A DNA stretch of 64,000 nucleotides from an uncultured Clostridia bacterium (GTDB lineage: Bacteria > Bacillota > Clostridia > Christensenellales > UBA1242). The stretch is taken from contig CANSRZ010000003.1 of assembly GCA_947649575.1 (NCBI GenBank), positions 35,996-99,995 of the forward strand, read 5' to 3'. The notes beneath the pieces are model-generated. The model did no database searches and had not been told where the DNA came from. It was given only the letters and a program-made list of their open reading frames with translations. A program made the translations under genes and the position numbers. Below are positions 55,837 to 64,000 of this stretch, piece by piece; position 1 is the stretch's first letter; every line of letters starts with the position of its first letter.

Positions 55837-56337
55837 ATGCATAAGTTTTTTTCTTACTTTAATACACTGACAGGTACACGAGAAATTTCTGATACAAACA
55901 GATGGACGATTGGTTTTAATCAAGTTCGAACGCAAGGCGACACACTTATTTTGCCACAAATCAAGTCAACCCTAGACAACCTTAATCAAAAGACGACTGA
56001 CATCAACTATCTTTTAGGATTTTTAGACAAAAACAGCACAGAGCATAACAAACATCTTGACTTTTTACTCACTGAGTCTGACTTTGTCAAAACAGGCATT
56101 GAAAACATCTATATTTCTATTTTTAACGAGCCCTTTGCACTTTTGCAACCTACTTTAAAGGTGGATCAATCTGTAAGTTCCAATATCTATGAGCTTTTGC
56201 GAACTATTTACCTAGATATTCGTTGCGAGCTGGCTGAACTTGAAAAGAAAGTTAATATTGCAGGCATAAACAGGCTTATAACCATTATGAACCGTTCCAT
56301 CACTAACATTTTAGATAGATTGGAAGCATTAGCTTAA
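55837..56337 (+). CDS. Hypothetical soluble, partly coiled-coil protein downstream of the paralog array
   Basis: AAGGAGG RBS. 166 aa, no TM segment, no recognised motif. The start codon is embedded in a hairpin plus T-run. Confidence 0.55.
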   Translation: MHKFFSYFNTLTGTREISDTNRWTIGFNQVRTQGDTLILPQIKSTLDNLNQKTTDINYLLGFLDKNSTEHNKHLDFLLTESDFVKTGIENIYISIFNEPFALLQPTLKVDQSVSSNIYELLRTIYLDIRCELAELEKKVNIAGINRLITIMNRSITNILDRLEALA

Positions 56338-56351
56338 AAAAAGAAATCAAA

Positions 56352-59300
56352 TTACTTTGATTTCTTTTTCTTTCTTCTGATAACATATATCACATTGGCA
56401 ATTGCTATCACTCCAACAGCGCCAATAAGCACACCAAGTAAAATTGAACTTGTCAAATTTAGTGATTTTGGTTTTACAACTGTATATTCGCCAGTTACAA
56501 ATTGAATTTCAAAATTATCAACTTTATTCCCGCTCACTACTGGCATAATCACATATGTGCCAAGAGTGTTAACATCCAAATCTACAACTTCAAGATTGAT
56601 GATAAGTTCACTCACATCAACATCTTCATGCTTTTCAATCAAATATTCCAAATTGCTTGGTTGCTTGCCTCTCAAGCCCTCTTTTGACTGAGCAACAATA
56701 GTTATCTTTGCTGTAACAATCTCAATTTCAATTTCTCGCTCCAAAATATCCCCTGCCTCATTGTTAAGCTTTGCCCTAGCAGATAGTTTATATTTGCCAA
56801 GTGGCAATTTATCTGTATAATGATAAACAGTGTTATTAAATGTCTTGCCATTTAAAGTATAAGTTACTTCTTTAAACATTTTTCTTGGATAATTAAAGCA
56901 AATTGTAAACTTTTGACCATATTGAATTTCCTGCAAAGCTTCTCCGCTTATTGTCTGAGTTGTCAATTGAATATTGTCAATCTTGAAGTCTATCGGCATA
57001 ACGAACACGCATGGATATTCACAATCTTGCTGAATATAGTTGTTTGCTGGCAAGTTTAGCAAATTAAATTTAACTTCATAGCCATCATAATTAATTGTAT
57101 TAACATCAACAGAGGCTGTATTAAAAGAAATTTGCAAAGGCTCATCTTCGATCCAGCCAGTAACTGTATAATTAAACTCTCTGATTGAGTCAAACTGGTC
57201 TATGATTTGGCTGTCAACTTCTATATACAATGGCAACGCTTCTATTGTGTAAGAAATGCTTGTCTCATTTAAATAAATATCGTTTGCAATTGGAATTATT
57301 TTTAATTGATAATTTCCCGCATTGACAGAATCAGGGCATTCTATGTCATAGTCTTTGCCAAGCACAAGCCCCTCAATTGTCACCTCTGGTTTTTGGACTG
57401 ATTTGTTATATTTGAACACTTTTTGGTCATATTTGACCATATAAACAAAATTTTTGATATAAAGTATACGTGAATAGTTATATTCTTTGTTGTCAACTTT
57501 AAATGTAACTGAAATATTATGATTGCCTGAACGCAAAGTATTGATTGAAAAACTTGATGAATTTGAATATTCTTGATTGTCAAGTTTCCAAACAATATCA
57601 GTAGCCTTGCTGTTTGTTAAAGAAACTATAATATTGTCATCAACTTCAAAAGTGTCACTCGTGTTGTTGTCACAAACAAATGAGATTGGGCTTTGCTCTG
57701 CTACATAATTTGCTTTCACAAGCACGCTGTTTTTGTAATTATAATTTGAAACTGACTGGGTCAAGAAATTTCCCTTATTATAATGACGCACTTGCGCTTG
57801 TGTTATATAATATTGTTCTCTAAGGTCGTCATAAGGCAAATCAACCCATTGATTGCTTGCGTTTAAATATTGATAACTTGTAAAACGATAATTTTCTTTA
57901 ACTGGATTTTCCAAATAATAATTTCTGAAAAGAGAGTCGCTTAAAAGAACTTTACTTTGGAAATTCTCACTCAAATGTCCGCCACCAAGGTTTATATTTA
58001 AATATGTTGTATACTTTGTATTAGCCCCGCTTTCGCCATTATAAACGGCATTGCTGTCTGTATTTACATGGATATAATATGTTTTGCTGTGATTTGCATT
58101 ATTGAGTTGCAAAGTTAAGATAGTTGTGCCCTCATTAAACACATTTGTGTCAACTTTTAAACTTATTTTATAGTCATATTTTGTATATTTTGCAAGTTCT
58201 CCGCTTTGCAAGGTTGTTCCACCTTTTTTGAGAGAATAGCTAGTATAATTCGAATATGGTGAAAAATAAATTGCCATGTCTAAATATTTTGACGGAGAAA
58301 TAAAGCTTGGATATTGAGTTTGAGGTTGAAATTGAGTTATATAAATGTTATTGTCCGTCATAGTCAAAGAGTCAATCACCACATTGTCACGAATTACTGT
58401 TTCATTACGTTTATCAACCAGGCTAAGTTCAAGTTCATCAAGCAAGAACAACTGCTTAACAATCCTACGTTTAGTCATAACTCCTCTTTGAGGATAACTA
58501 TAATTAAAAACTAATTTATAACACCCGCTTGGCAAACTGTCTTTTTTATAAACATAGCAATGCATGTCATCTTTAAGAATAGTAAATTTATCATTAACAA
58601 GCACATCGCCACGATAAATTTCTAGATTATAAGTCAGGTTTTCTTTTGCTGGCAGTTGATAATCAAGTTTAAAATCATCATTAACATCAAAAATGTTTTT
58701 ATCTTTTAATGTAGTGCTTTGAGCTGTATAATTGCTTGCTGCGACATATTTGTTTTTCATGTTAACAGTATAATTTGCATTTGATGACAAATAAATATAA
58801 TCACTTGGTAATGAAACTTGAAAGCTGTATGCTATCACATTTCTTTTAATTGTTGTGTTATAAGGCAAATAAACAATTCCATCCTCCAAGAAATCCCCAT
58901 GAGAGTTCAAAATTATATAAGCGCCTTTTGTTCCATTTGTGGCAACATAACTATCATCCCAGCCAAGCACGTTCAAAGCATGACCGCCCACACTGCCTGT
59001 TGTTAATTCATTCTTGTTGTTGTTTCTATTTGTAACTAAGTCCCAATCATCAATAGAAATTGTGCAATTGCCATTGCTCATAAGATAATTTTTAATAACC
59101 GCTGTATTCAAAGAATATTCACTAGCGCTTGGATAAGACATTGTCACAGTGTGAGTGTCTGCCTTGTCTGCAAGCGAAGAAATAACATTCGTGTTATTGT
59201 TATCATTTAAATAATAAATTTCATCATAAGGAAGATCACTATCAAGCACAAGCCCGTTTGCTCTGACTGCATCGTACACATAATATACGTTTCCGCCATT

Positions 59301-59639
59301 CCCGACCAAATCTTGATAAGGAGCATTTAAAGCAATGTAAGTTTCACTAAATTCAAAATGCTCGCCAGTTTTTTGAGCCAAACACTCTTCAATTGATTTT
59401 ACGTTCGCAAAAGACCAGCAAGTACCAAAATAACCTTGATCAGTGAGTTGAATATAATAATCATCGCGCAAACAAAAATAACTTGGATATGCCGTTGCAT
59501 CCGCATTGCTGTTATTATCTTTTTTGAATAATAACAAGCCTCCACTTAAAATAGCCAAAACACTTATCAGCATTGCAAAAAGGCAGACCAAAAGCGGTTT
59601 GCGAGTTTTATGTAATTTGAAACTACTTGATTTATTCAT
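56352..59639 (-). CDS. Very large papain-family (C1) cysteine peptidase surface protein with multiple Ig-like/MBG-type repeats and a C-terminal TM anchor
   Basis: N-terminal anchor LLVCLFAMLISVLAILSGGLLLF. Catalytic Cys box QGYFGTCWSFA, His box GGHALNVLGWDD, and an Asn region (IILNSHG). Repeats such as YNKSVQKPEVTIEGLVLGKDYDIECPDSVNAGNYQLKI. C-terminal LLGVLIGAVGVIAIANVIYVIRRKKKKSK. Confidence 0.8.
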   Translation of the reverse strand: MNKSSSFKLHKTRKPLLVCLFAMLISVLAILSGGLLLFKKDNNSNADATAYPSYFCLRDDYYIQLTDQGYFGTCWSFANVKSIEECLAQKTGEHFEFSETYIALNAPYQDLVGNGGNVYYVYDAVRANGLVLDSDLPYDEIYYLNDNNNTNVISSLADKADTHTVTMSYPSASEYSLNTAVIKNYLMSNGNCTISIDDWDLVTNRNNNKNELTTGSVGGHALNVLGWDDSYVATNGTKGAYIILNSHGDFLEDGIVYLPYNTTIKRNVIAYSFQVSLPSDYIYLSSNANYTVNMKNKYVAASNYTAQSTTLKDKNIFDVNDDFKLDYQLPAKENLTYNLEIYRGDVLVNDKFTILKDDMHCYVYKKDSLPSGCYKLVFNYSYPQRGVMTKRRIVKQLFLLDELELSLVDKRNETVIRDNVVIDSLTMTDNNIYITQFQPQTQYPSFISPSKYLDMAIYFSPYSNYTSYSLKKGGTTLQSGELAKYTKYDYKISLKVDTNVFNEGTTILTLQLNNANHSKTYYIHVNTDSNAVYNGESGANTKYTTYLNINLGGGHLSENFQSKVLLSDSLFRNYYLENPVKENYRFTSYQYLNASNQWVDLPYDDLREQYYITQAQVRHYNKGNFLTQSVSNYNYKNSVLVKANYVAEQSPISFVCDNNTSDTFEVDDNIIVSLTNSKATDIVWKLDNQEYSNSSSFSINTLRSGNHNISVTFKVDNKEYNYSRILYIKNFVYMVKYDQKVFKYNKSVQKPEVTIEGLVLGKDYDIECPDSVNAGNYQLKIIPIANDIYLNETSISYTIEALPLYIEVDSQIIDQFDSIREFNYTVTGWIEDEPLQISFNTASVDVNTINYDGYEVKFNLLNLPANNYIQQDCEYPCVFVMPIDFKIDNIQLTTQTISGEALQEIQYGQKFTICFNYPRKMFKEVTYTLNGKTFNNTVYHYTDKLPLGKYKLSARAKLNNEAGDILEREIEIEIVTAKITIVAQSKEGLRGKQPSNLEYLIEKHEDVDVSELIINLEVVDLDVNTLGTYVIMPVVSGNKVDNFEIQFVTGEYTVVKPKSLNLTSSILLGVLIGAVGVIAIANVIYVIRRKKKKSK

Positions 59640-59728
59640 ATATATATAATACCACAAAAATATAAATTTTACAATAAAAAGAGTGATTAATTTATATTTT
59701 TTAATATAACCAATTCACTCTTTAAATA

Positions 59729-60028
59729 TTACTTTTTCTTTGTAAGACCTTTGCAAGTATTTTCGACAATTTCTTGCAAAAGTTCGACGTTTTCTAAATC
59801 TTCTATCATATACATAAGCTTTGCGCCTTTGTATGGAATTTCCTCTTTCATTCCATATTTTTTATTGCTTTCAACAATTTTGACCAGAACTCGTCCATCA
59901 TAAATCCCGCCAAACAGCGTGCCGTTGTAATATAGCAAATACTCACCCATCATGGGTCTACAAAGTATGTCGCCAAGGCTTGAAAAACACTCTACCACAT
60001 AATCTCTAAACTCTTTTGTTGTTACCAT
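59729..60028 (-). CDS. TfoX/Sxy N-terminal-domain protein
   Basis: 99 aa. CRPMMGEYLLYYNGTLFGGIYDGRVLVKI matches the TfoX_N pattern (MFGgyglyydGk.Fa.i.d..lylK). Confidence 0.65.
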   Translation of the reverse strand: MVTTKEFRDYVVECFSSLGDILCRPMMGEYLLYYNGTLFGGIYDGRVLVKIVESNKKYGMKEEIPYKGAKLMYMIEDLENVELLQEIVENTCKGLTKKK

Positions 60029-60036
60029 AACCCCTC

Positions 60037-60780
60037 CTAAAAGTCCTTGCCAATATCTTTTTCGTCAATGTTTGGATTTATATATCTAAACTTTTTCTTT
60101 TTGTTTTTGTATTCAATCGCCTTGTTTGGACACCTATGATAACAGCTTAAACAAGCCTCGCATTTGTCGCCAAAAACAATTTGCCCGTCTTGCAAAAAAA
60201 TATTTCCAGCAGGACAAATTTGAACACATTTTTGACATTTTACGCATTTTTCATTAGTTTTGAAGCGTTTTGCAATCAAATTCCAGTTATTTTTGTTTTT
60301 TAAATAAGTTTTTTCTTTTGTTTTACGCTTCTTAGGAATAATGAATTTTTCTTGTTTTATCATGTCAATTATCTTTTCAATTCGCTTACCAGACTTTCTT
60401 AGAACTCCGTTCATATAAAATTTTGGCACCGTGAAAGTAAGCGTAAAATTTTCTGGCATTTTGATAACATACACGCTTTTGATGTTAAGCCCAAGCTTTA
60501 AAGCATATTGATAAGCAAAATAATCTGCCCCGCCAATCATTCCGCCATAGTTTTGAATGATAATCAGCTCTTTTGTTTTATCCAGCTTTGGCAGAAACTC
60601 ATACACTTGTTTAGGCAAGCCAAAAGAGTGAATTGGAGTGACCAAAATAATCTTGTCAAATTCGCTTCCATCCCCTTTATATTTTGGCAAAAACATGACT
60701 TTGCCACCAAGGCTCTCTTGAACTTTTTTAGCAATAAACAAACTGTTTCCCGTTGAACTGTAATACAAAATTCCTTGCAT
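60037..60780 (-). CDS. Flavodoxin-like plus 2x[4Fe-4S] ferredoxin-domain protein (EFR1-type)
   Basis: N-terminal ILYYSSTGNS is flavodoxin-like. It also has CVKCQKCVQICPAGNI and CEACLSCYHRCPNKAI clusters. Confidence 0.75.
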   Translation of the reverse strand: MQGILYYSSTGNSLFIAKKVQESLGGKVMFLPKYKGDGSEFDKIILVTPIHSFGLPKQVYEFLPKLDKTKELIIIQNYGGMIGGADYFAYQYALKLGLNIKSVYVIKMPENFTLTFTVPKFYMNGVLRKSGKRIEKIIDMIKQEKFIIPKKRKTKEKTYLKNKNNWNLIAKRFKTNEKCVKCQKCVQICPAGNIFLQDGQIVFGDKCEACLSCYHRCPNKAIEYKNKKKKFRYINPNIDEKDIGKDF

Positions 60781-60792
60781 ATTTCACCTTTC

Positions 60793-60880
60793 TGGCGGTG
60801 AGAAAGGGATTTGAACCCTTGATGCCTTTCGGCATACCGGTTTTCGAGACCAGCACATTCGACCACTCTGACATCTCACC
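60793..60880 (-). tRNA. tRNA-Ser (anticodon CGA), class II with a long variable arm, CCA-encoded
   Basis: The reverse complement is GGTGAGATGTCAGAGTGGTCGAATGTGCTGGTCTCGAAAACCGGTATGCCGAAAGGCATCAAGGGTTCAAATCCCTTTCTCACCGCCA. Anticodon loop CTCGAAA, variable-arm hairpin ATGCC-GAAA-GGCAT, T-arm AAGGG/CCCTT. Confidence 0.85.
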
Positions 60881-60924
60881 AATTATTTTTTACTTGCTTC
60901 TAAGCAAGCAGTGTGACGCCGACA

Positions 60925-60940
60925 ACTCTGACATCTCACC
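60925..60940 (-). repeat. Exact 16-nt copy of the 5' end of tRNA-Ser, 60 bp upstream of the gene
   Basis: ACTCTGACATCTCACC occurs at 60865-60880 (tRNA positions 1-16, reverse strand) and again at 60925-60940. Confidence 0.9.
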
Positions 60941-61151
60941 ATGTTAACAATACGATTATACCACAAAACTCAAAAATTGCTAACATTTTTTAATATTTAT
61001 TTTATTTTAACATTTTGCAAAACAATTTAATAATATGAGAGTGTATATTTAATTAAAAATTATAGATATTATATTTAGCAATCATGTAAATTTACTTTAC
61101 TTTTAATTCCCCAAAATAGTATAATATTTACACATACACTAGGAGAAAAAT

Positions 61152-62222
61152 ATGAAAAAACATAAAATCATAATCGACACTGACCCCGGTGTAGATGACA
61201 CATTAACAATTATTTATGCTCTTAATGAGCCAAAAGTTGATATCAAATTATTCTCTATCTGCCCTGGAAATATCAGTTCGGATATTGGCGTTCGCAATGC
61301 TTGCCACTTGATTGACCTTTATCATAAAGATGTGCCTGTTGTGCAAGGCCCAGCGCATGCTATGAAAAGGGTTTCAGAGGACGCTGCTTTCTTGCATGGT
61401 GACCAAGGTCTTGGCGGATATATTCCCCCAAAGGAAACAAAACATCAACCACTTAAAGAAGATTTTGTTGAAGCTATGTACAGAGTCATAAAAGAAAATC
61501 CTCACGAGATAACAATTATCGCAATTGCTCCTCATACAAATCTTGGGCACTTGCTCACAAAACACCCTGACGCAAAAGGACTTATCAAGCAAATAATCTT
61601 TGAGGGCGCTGCACCATTTGGACTTCCATTCAATCCAAACTATAACTCCTTTAATGCAAGGGTTGACCCAGAAGCGCAAAAAATTGTGCTTGAAAGCGGA
61701 ATTCCAATTGTTATGATAACTTCAGAAATCGGACGTTTCTTTGCTCACTTTACAGAAAGTATGATAAACGAACTTCCTTACATTAACGATACAACTCGAT
61801 TTATACACAAAACTTGTGAAATTTATTGGGAGCCAGGCGCACCAGATAAACGAATTGCAACAAATGATACTTGTGCGTTAATGTATCTGCTCTATCCCAA
61901 AATTTTTAAAACAAAACGCGCTATTGTGACAATCAACACAACTGATAATCCTGGAAAAAATACTGCTATATTTGATAAAAATGGAAATGTCGATATCGTG
62001 GTAGACCTAAATCGCAAAAAATTCTTTAAAATGATTTACAAAAAATTCCATGAACTTGACGATTTTAAATTTGATGAAGATATCCTTGGCGAAGAAATTC
62101 AAAACAAGCGCAGAAAGGCTTTGGAAAAAGAACTTAAAACTGAAATAGAAAATGCAGAAAAAGGAACAAAAGAAAGCGCAAAAATATCAAAAACTTTTTA
62201 TGGAATAAAAAAGAAAGACTAA
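61152..62222 (+). CDS. Nucleoside hydrolase (inosine-uridine preferring, IUNH family) with a Lys/Glu-rich C-terminal tail
   Basis: TAGGAGA RBS. The N-terminal fingerprint is IIIDTDPGVDDTLTIIYAL. Confidence 0.85.
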   Translation: MKKHKIIIDTDPGVDDTLTIIYALNEPKVDIKLFSICPGNISSDIGVRNACHLIDLYHKDVPVVQGPAHAMKRVSEDAAFLHGDQGLGGYIPPKETKHQPLKEDFVEAMYRVIKENPHEITIIAIAPHTNLGHLLTKHPDAKGLIKQIIFEGAAPFGLPFNPNYNSFNARVDPEAQKIVLESGIPIVMITSEIGRFFAHFTESMINELPYINDTTRFIHKTCEIYWEPGAPDKRIATNDTCALMYLLYPKIFKTKRAIVTINTTDNPGKNTAIFDKNGNVDIVVDLNRKKFFKMIYKKFHELDDFKFDEDILGEEIQNKRRKALEKELKTEIENAEKGTKESAKISKTFYGIKKKD

Positions 62223-62235
62223 GTCTTTCTTTTTT

Positions 62236-63306
62236 TTATTGCAGCAAAGAGAAAAATTTTTCATTGTGCTGGACACTGCTGTCGTTGGGATAAATTTGCT
62301 TTGCAATCTCGTGATAATGCTTCGCGTTTTCGATGTCGTTCAAACGATAATAGCAAACGCAAAGTTGAAGCGCTGGCAAAAAGTCATAACAATCTTTGAT
62401 AACAAATGCTCCACTTTTTAAGTCTGGCTTAACTTGGCGCGCAAGTTTATACCAAAATATTGCTTCGTTATATCTACACTCATAAGAAAACACATTGCCA
62501 ATTTCATACAAAATTTCCCCTCTTGGCAAGCCCATATCAAATGACCCAAACAAAGCAGTCAAAGCATTTGAATATTCGCCTTTCATAATATAACATTTGG
62601 CCAAGTTCAAACATGCTTCAATCTTGTTTTCTATCCAGCCATTTTTGTCAATCAAAAATTTTGAGAACTGCCCAATTGCTTCATCAAGCTTGTCATTATA
62701 GAATAACTCGCGTGCATAATAAAACTTTTGGCGTGGCGATAATTCAACTTTTTGATTTATAAGTTTTTGATAGATGGCAAGATTTCTGTCAGATTGCTTA
62801 TGCTCTTTTTTATTGTGATAAATTGATATGTCAAGATATTCTATCTTGCCTCGCGGAATAATCACCTCATGCACAGGGTCATGCCAAACAAAGTTTTTAT
62901 CACGACGCACAATGCGCTCTCTGTAATAAGAAAACAGTGGCGAAAAATTCTCGTCAAAACTAGCAACATATTTAAGCATATAGACATCAGCGTTTAACTT
63001 TCTTTTTCTTTTCAGCGCTTTAAGTTTTTCTATATCTTTTTGCAAAATCAAATCGTCAGCATCAAGCCACATCATGTGCGTGCAAGTGGCTTTTGAAAAA
63101 GAATAATTTCTTGCTTTTGAAAAATCGTCACACCACTCAAAATCAAAAACTTTATCAGTAAATTGACTTGCAATTTCTTTTGTTTTATCAGTCGAGCCAG
63201 TGTCAACAATAACAATTTCATCAGCAAATTGTTTTACAGAATTTAAAATATTTACAAGATTTTTTTCTTCATTTTTCACAATCATGCACACGCTAAAAGT
63301 ATTCAT
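62236..63306 (-). CDS. Family-2 glycosyltransferase fused to C-terminal TPR repeats
   Basis: FSVCMIVKNEEKNLVNILNSVKQFADEIVIVDTGSTDKT and WLDADD (DxD). C-terminal TPR-like helices (AIFWYKLA..., NAKHYHEIAKQIYPND). Confidence 0.8.
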   Translation of the reverse strand: MNTFSVCMIVKNEEKNLVNILNSVKQFADEIVIVDTGSTDKTKEIASQFTDKVFDFEWCDDFSKARNYSFSKATCTHMMWLDADDLILQKDIEKLKALKRKRKLNADVYMLKYVASFDENFSPLFSYYRERIVRRDKNFVWHDPVHEVIIPRGKIEYLDISIYHNKKEHKQSDRNLAIYQKLINQKVELSPRQKFYYARELFYNDKLDEAIGQFSKFLIDKNGWIENKIEACLNLAKCYIMKGEYSNALTALFGSFDMGLPRGEILYEIGNVFSYECRYNEAIFWYKLARQVKPDLKSGAFVIKDCYDFLPALQLCVCYYRLNDIENAKHYHEIAKQIYPNDSSVQHNEKFFSLLQ

Positions 63307-63702
63307 AAAACCTCCAATTATTATTTATGAAAAAAATAATTAAAAGGTTAAAAAATAAAATATAAAATTATTAAATTAATTTTATTAAATAAAAAATTAA
63401 AATAAATAATAATTTAATAAAAAAACATAAAAAATAAAGAAAAAATGCGATTTTTTATTGATTTTTTGCAATTTTTGCATAAATTAAATTATTTTTCAAA
63501 ATATTTATAGCCCCGAAAAATAAAGGCGAATAAATATTTTTTATTTTTATTTTATTTTTAATTATTAAATCAACATAAAAATTGCGTTATTGTTTATTAT
63601 ATATAATATATATTATTTATATATATTTCTTTATTTTATTTTGTTTTTTTGTGAGTATGTGATAAAATATTTGTGTTAAATTAACAAATAAGAGGTGTTG
63701 TT

Positions 63703-64000
63703 ATGAACAGGGTTAAAAAATTATTTAATAATATTATTTTAATTTTTGTGCTTGTAGGAACGTTATTCTGCGGGCTTGCTTTTTATGGTCTGGCAAATAA
63801 AAAATCAAATAACACATCCGCTGTTAGCATTTATGAAGAGATAACAAATTCTTTGCCAGAATATTTCTCACCTGAAACAGACAATGCGATTGCAGGCAAT
63901 GACAACAATGACAGTTTGTTCTTGATTGGCACAAACGGCAAAGTTGATATTGAAGTGACTGATAAAGACCAGCAAGTTGAACGCACTGCAACTGTTGACG
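63703..64000 (+). CDS. Partial CDS (N-terminal part): hypothetical signal-anchored/secreted protein
   Basis: AGAGG RBS. MNRVKKLFNNIILIFVLVGTLFCGLAFYGLA... is open to the window end. Confidence 0.55.
   Translation, partial: MNRVKKLFNNIILIFVLVGTLFCGLAFYGLANKKSNNTSAVSIYEEITNSLPEYFSPETDNAIAGNDNNDSLFLIGTNGKVDIEVTDKDQQVERTATVD

Noticed and set aside
46685-60880. The 14-kb interval between tRNA-Glu and tRNA-Ser as a genomic island or ICE carrying the pilin-like genes
   Set aside because: The interval contains core housekeeping genes (HU, signal peptidase I, QueH, rubrerythrin) and no integrase, relaxase, VirB4/VirD4 or replication genes. The two tRNA-end duplications involve different sequences and do not bracket the interval as matching att sites.
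1-64000. Alternative genetic code (for example TGA=Trp, as in Mollicutes), considered given the low GC content
   Set aside because: All conserved genes (mfd, leuS, ftsH, cysS, recD2) translate full-length with the standard code and terminate where expected.

Overview
AT-rich, standard-code chromosomal segment that looks like a spore-forming Firmicutes/Clostridia-type genome. This is inferred from the gerA/gerB/gerC operon, the DUF421+DUF4363 pair, pth-mfd synteny, TTGACA/TATAAT promoters and GGAGG ribosome-binding sites. About two thirds is recognisable housekeeping: PrsA-like foldase, mfd, pth, a MurJ/SpoVB-type flippase, VanW, cca, a P-type ATPase, ftsH, gerABC, leuS, rplJ-rplL with an L10-type leader, recD2, MarR, cysS, comFC, a GPH transporter, rubrerythrin, HU, lepB, queH, ArsR, nucleoside hydrolase, a GT2-TPR protein, and tRNA-Glu(UUC) and tRNA-Ser(CGA). 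The rest is blocks of uncharacterised membrane-anchored or secreted proteins. No transposase, integrase, CRISPR array, reverse transcriptase or recognisable defence system was seen. The strongest signal is that the only two 9-nt C/G homopolymers I found reading the 64 kb by eye each sit inside the 16-nt spacer of a near-consensus TTGACA...TATAAT-type promoter, and they share a 15-nt motif (CAAATCCCCCCCCCG). One lies upstream of a large GLUG/InlB-B-repeat surface protein gene, which is itself split by a 1-nt frameshift. The other lies upstream of a tandem array of four small two-TM 'pilin-like' paralogs (54.0-55.8 kb). These paralogs have near-identical cores, divergent termini and a mosaic pattern of nucleotide identity consistent with gene conversion. 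They sit next to an 1100-aa papain-family (C1) surface protease and have no other type IV secretion genes nearby. I read this as a candidate phase- and antigen-variable surface system of unknown function. Other items worth a second look: three 63-bp tandem repeats in a 3' UTR, terminal-segment duplications beside both tRNAs, a triplet of paralogous anchored proteins, an XRE operator pair, an atypical GerC, a degenerate GlmU-like protein and candidate leaderless mRNAs. All family assignments come from motif recognition by eye; no database search was run.
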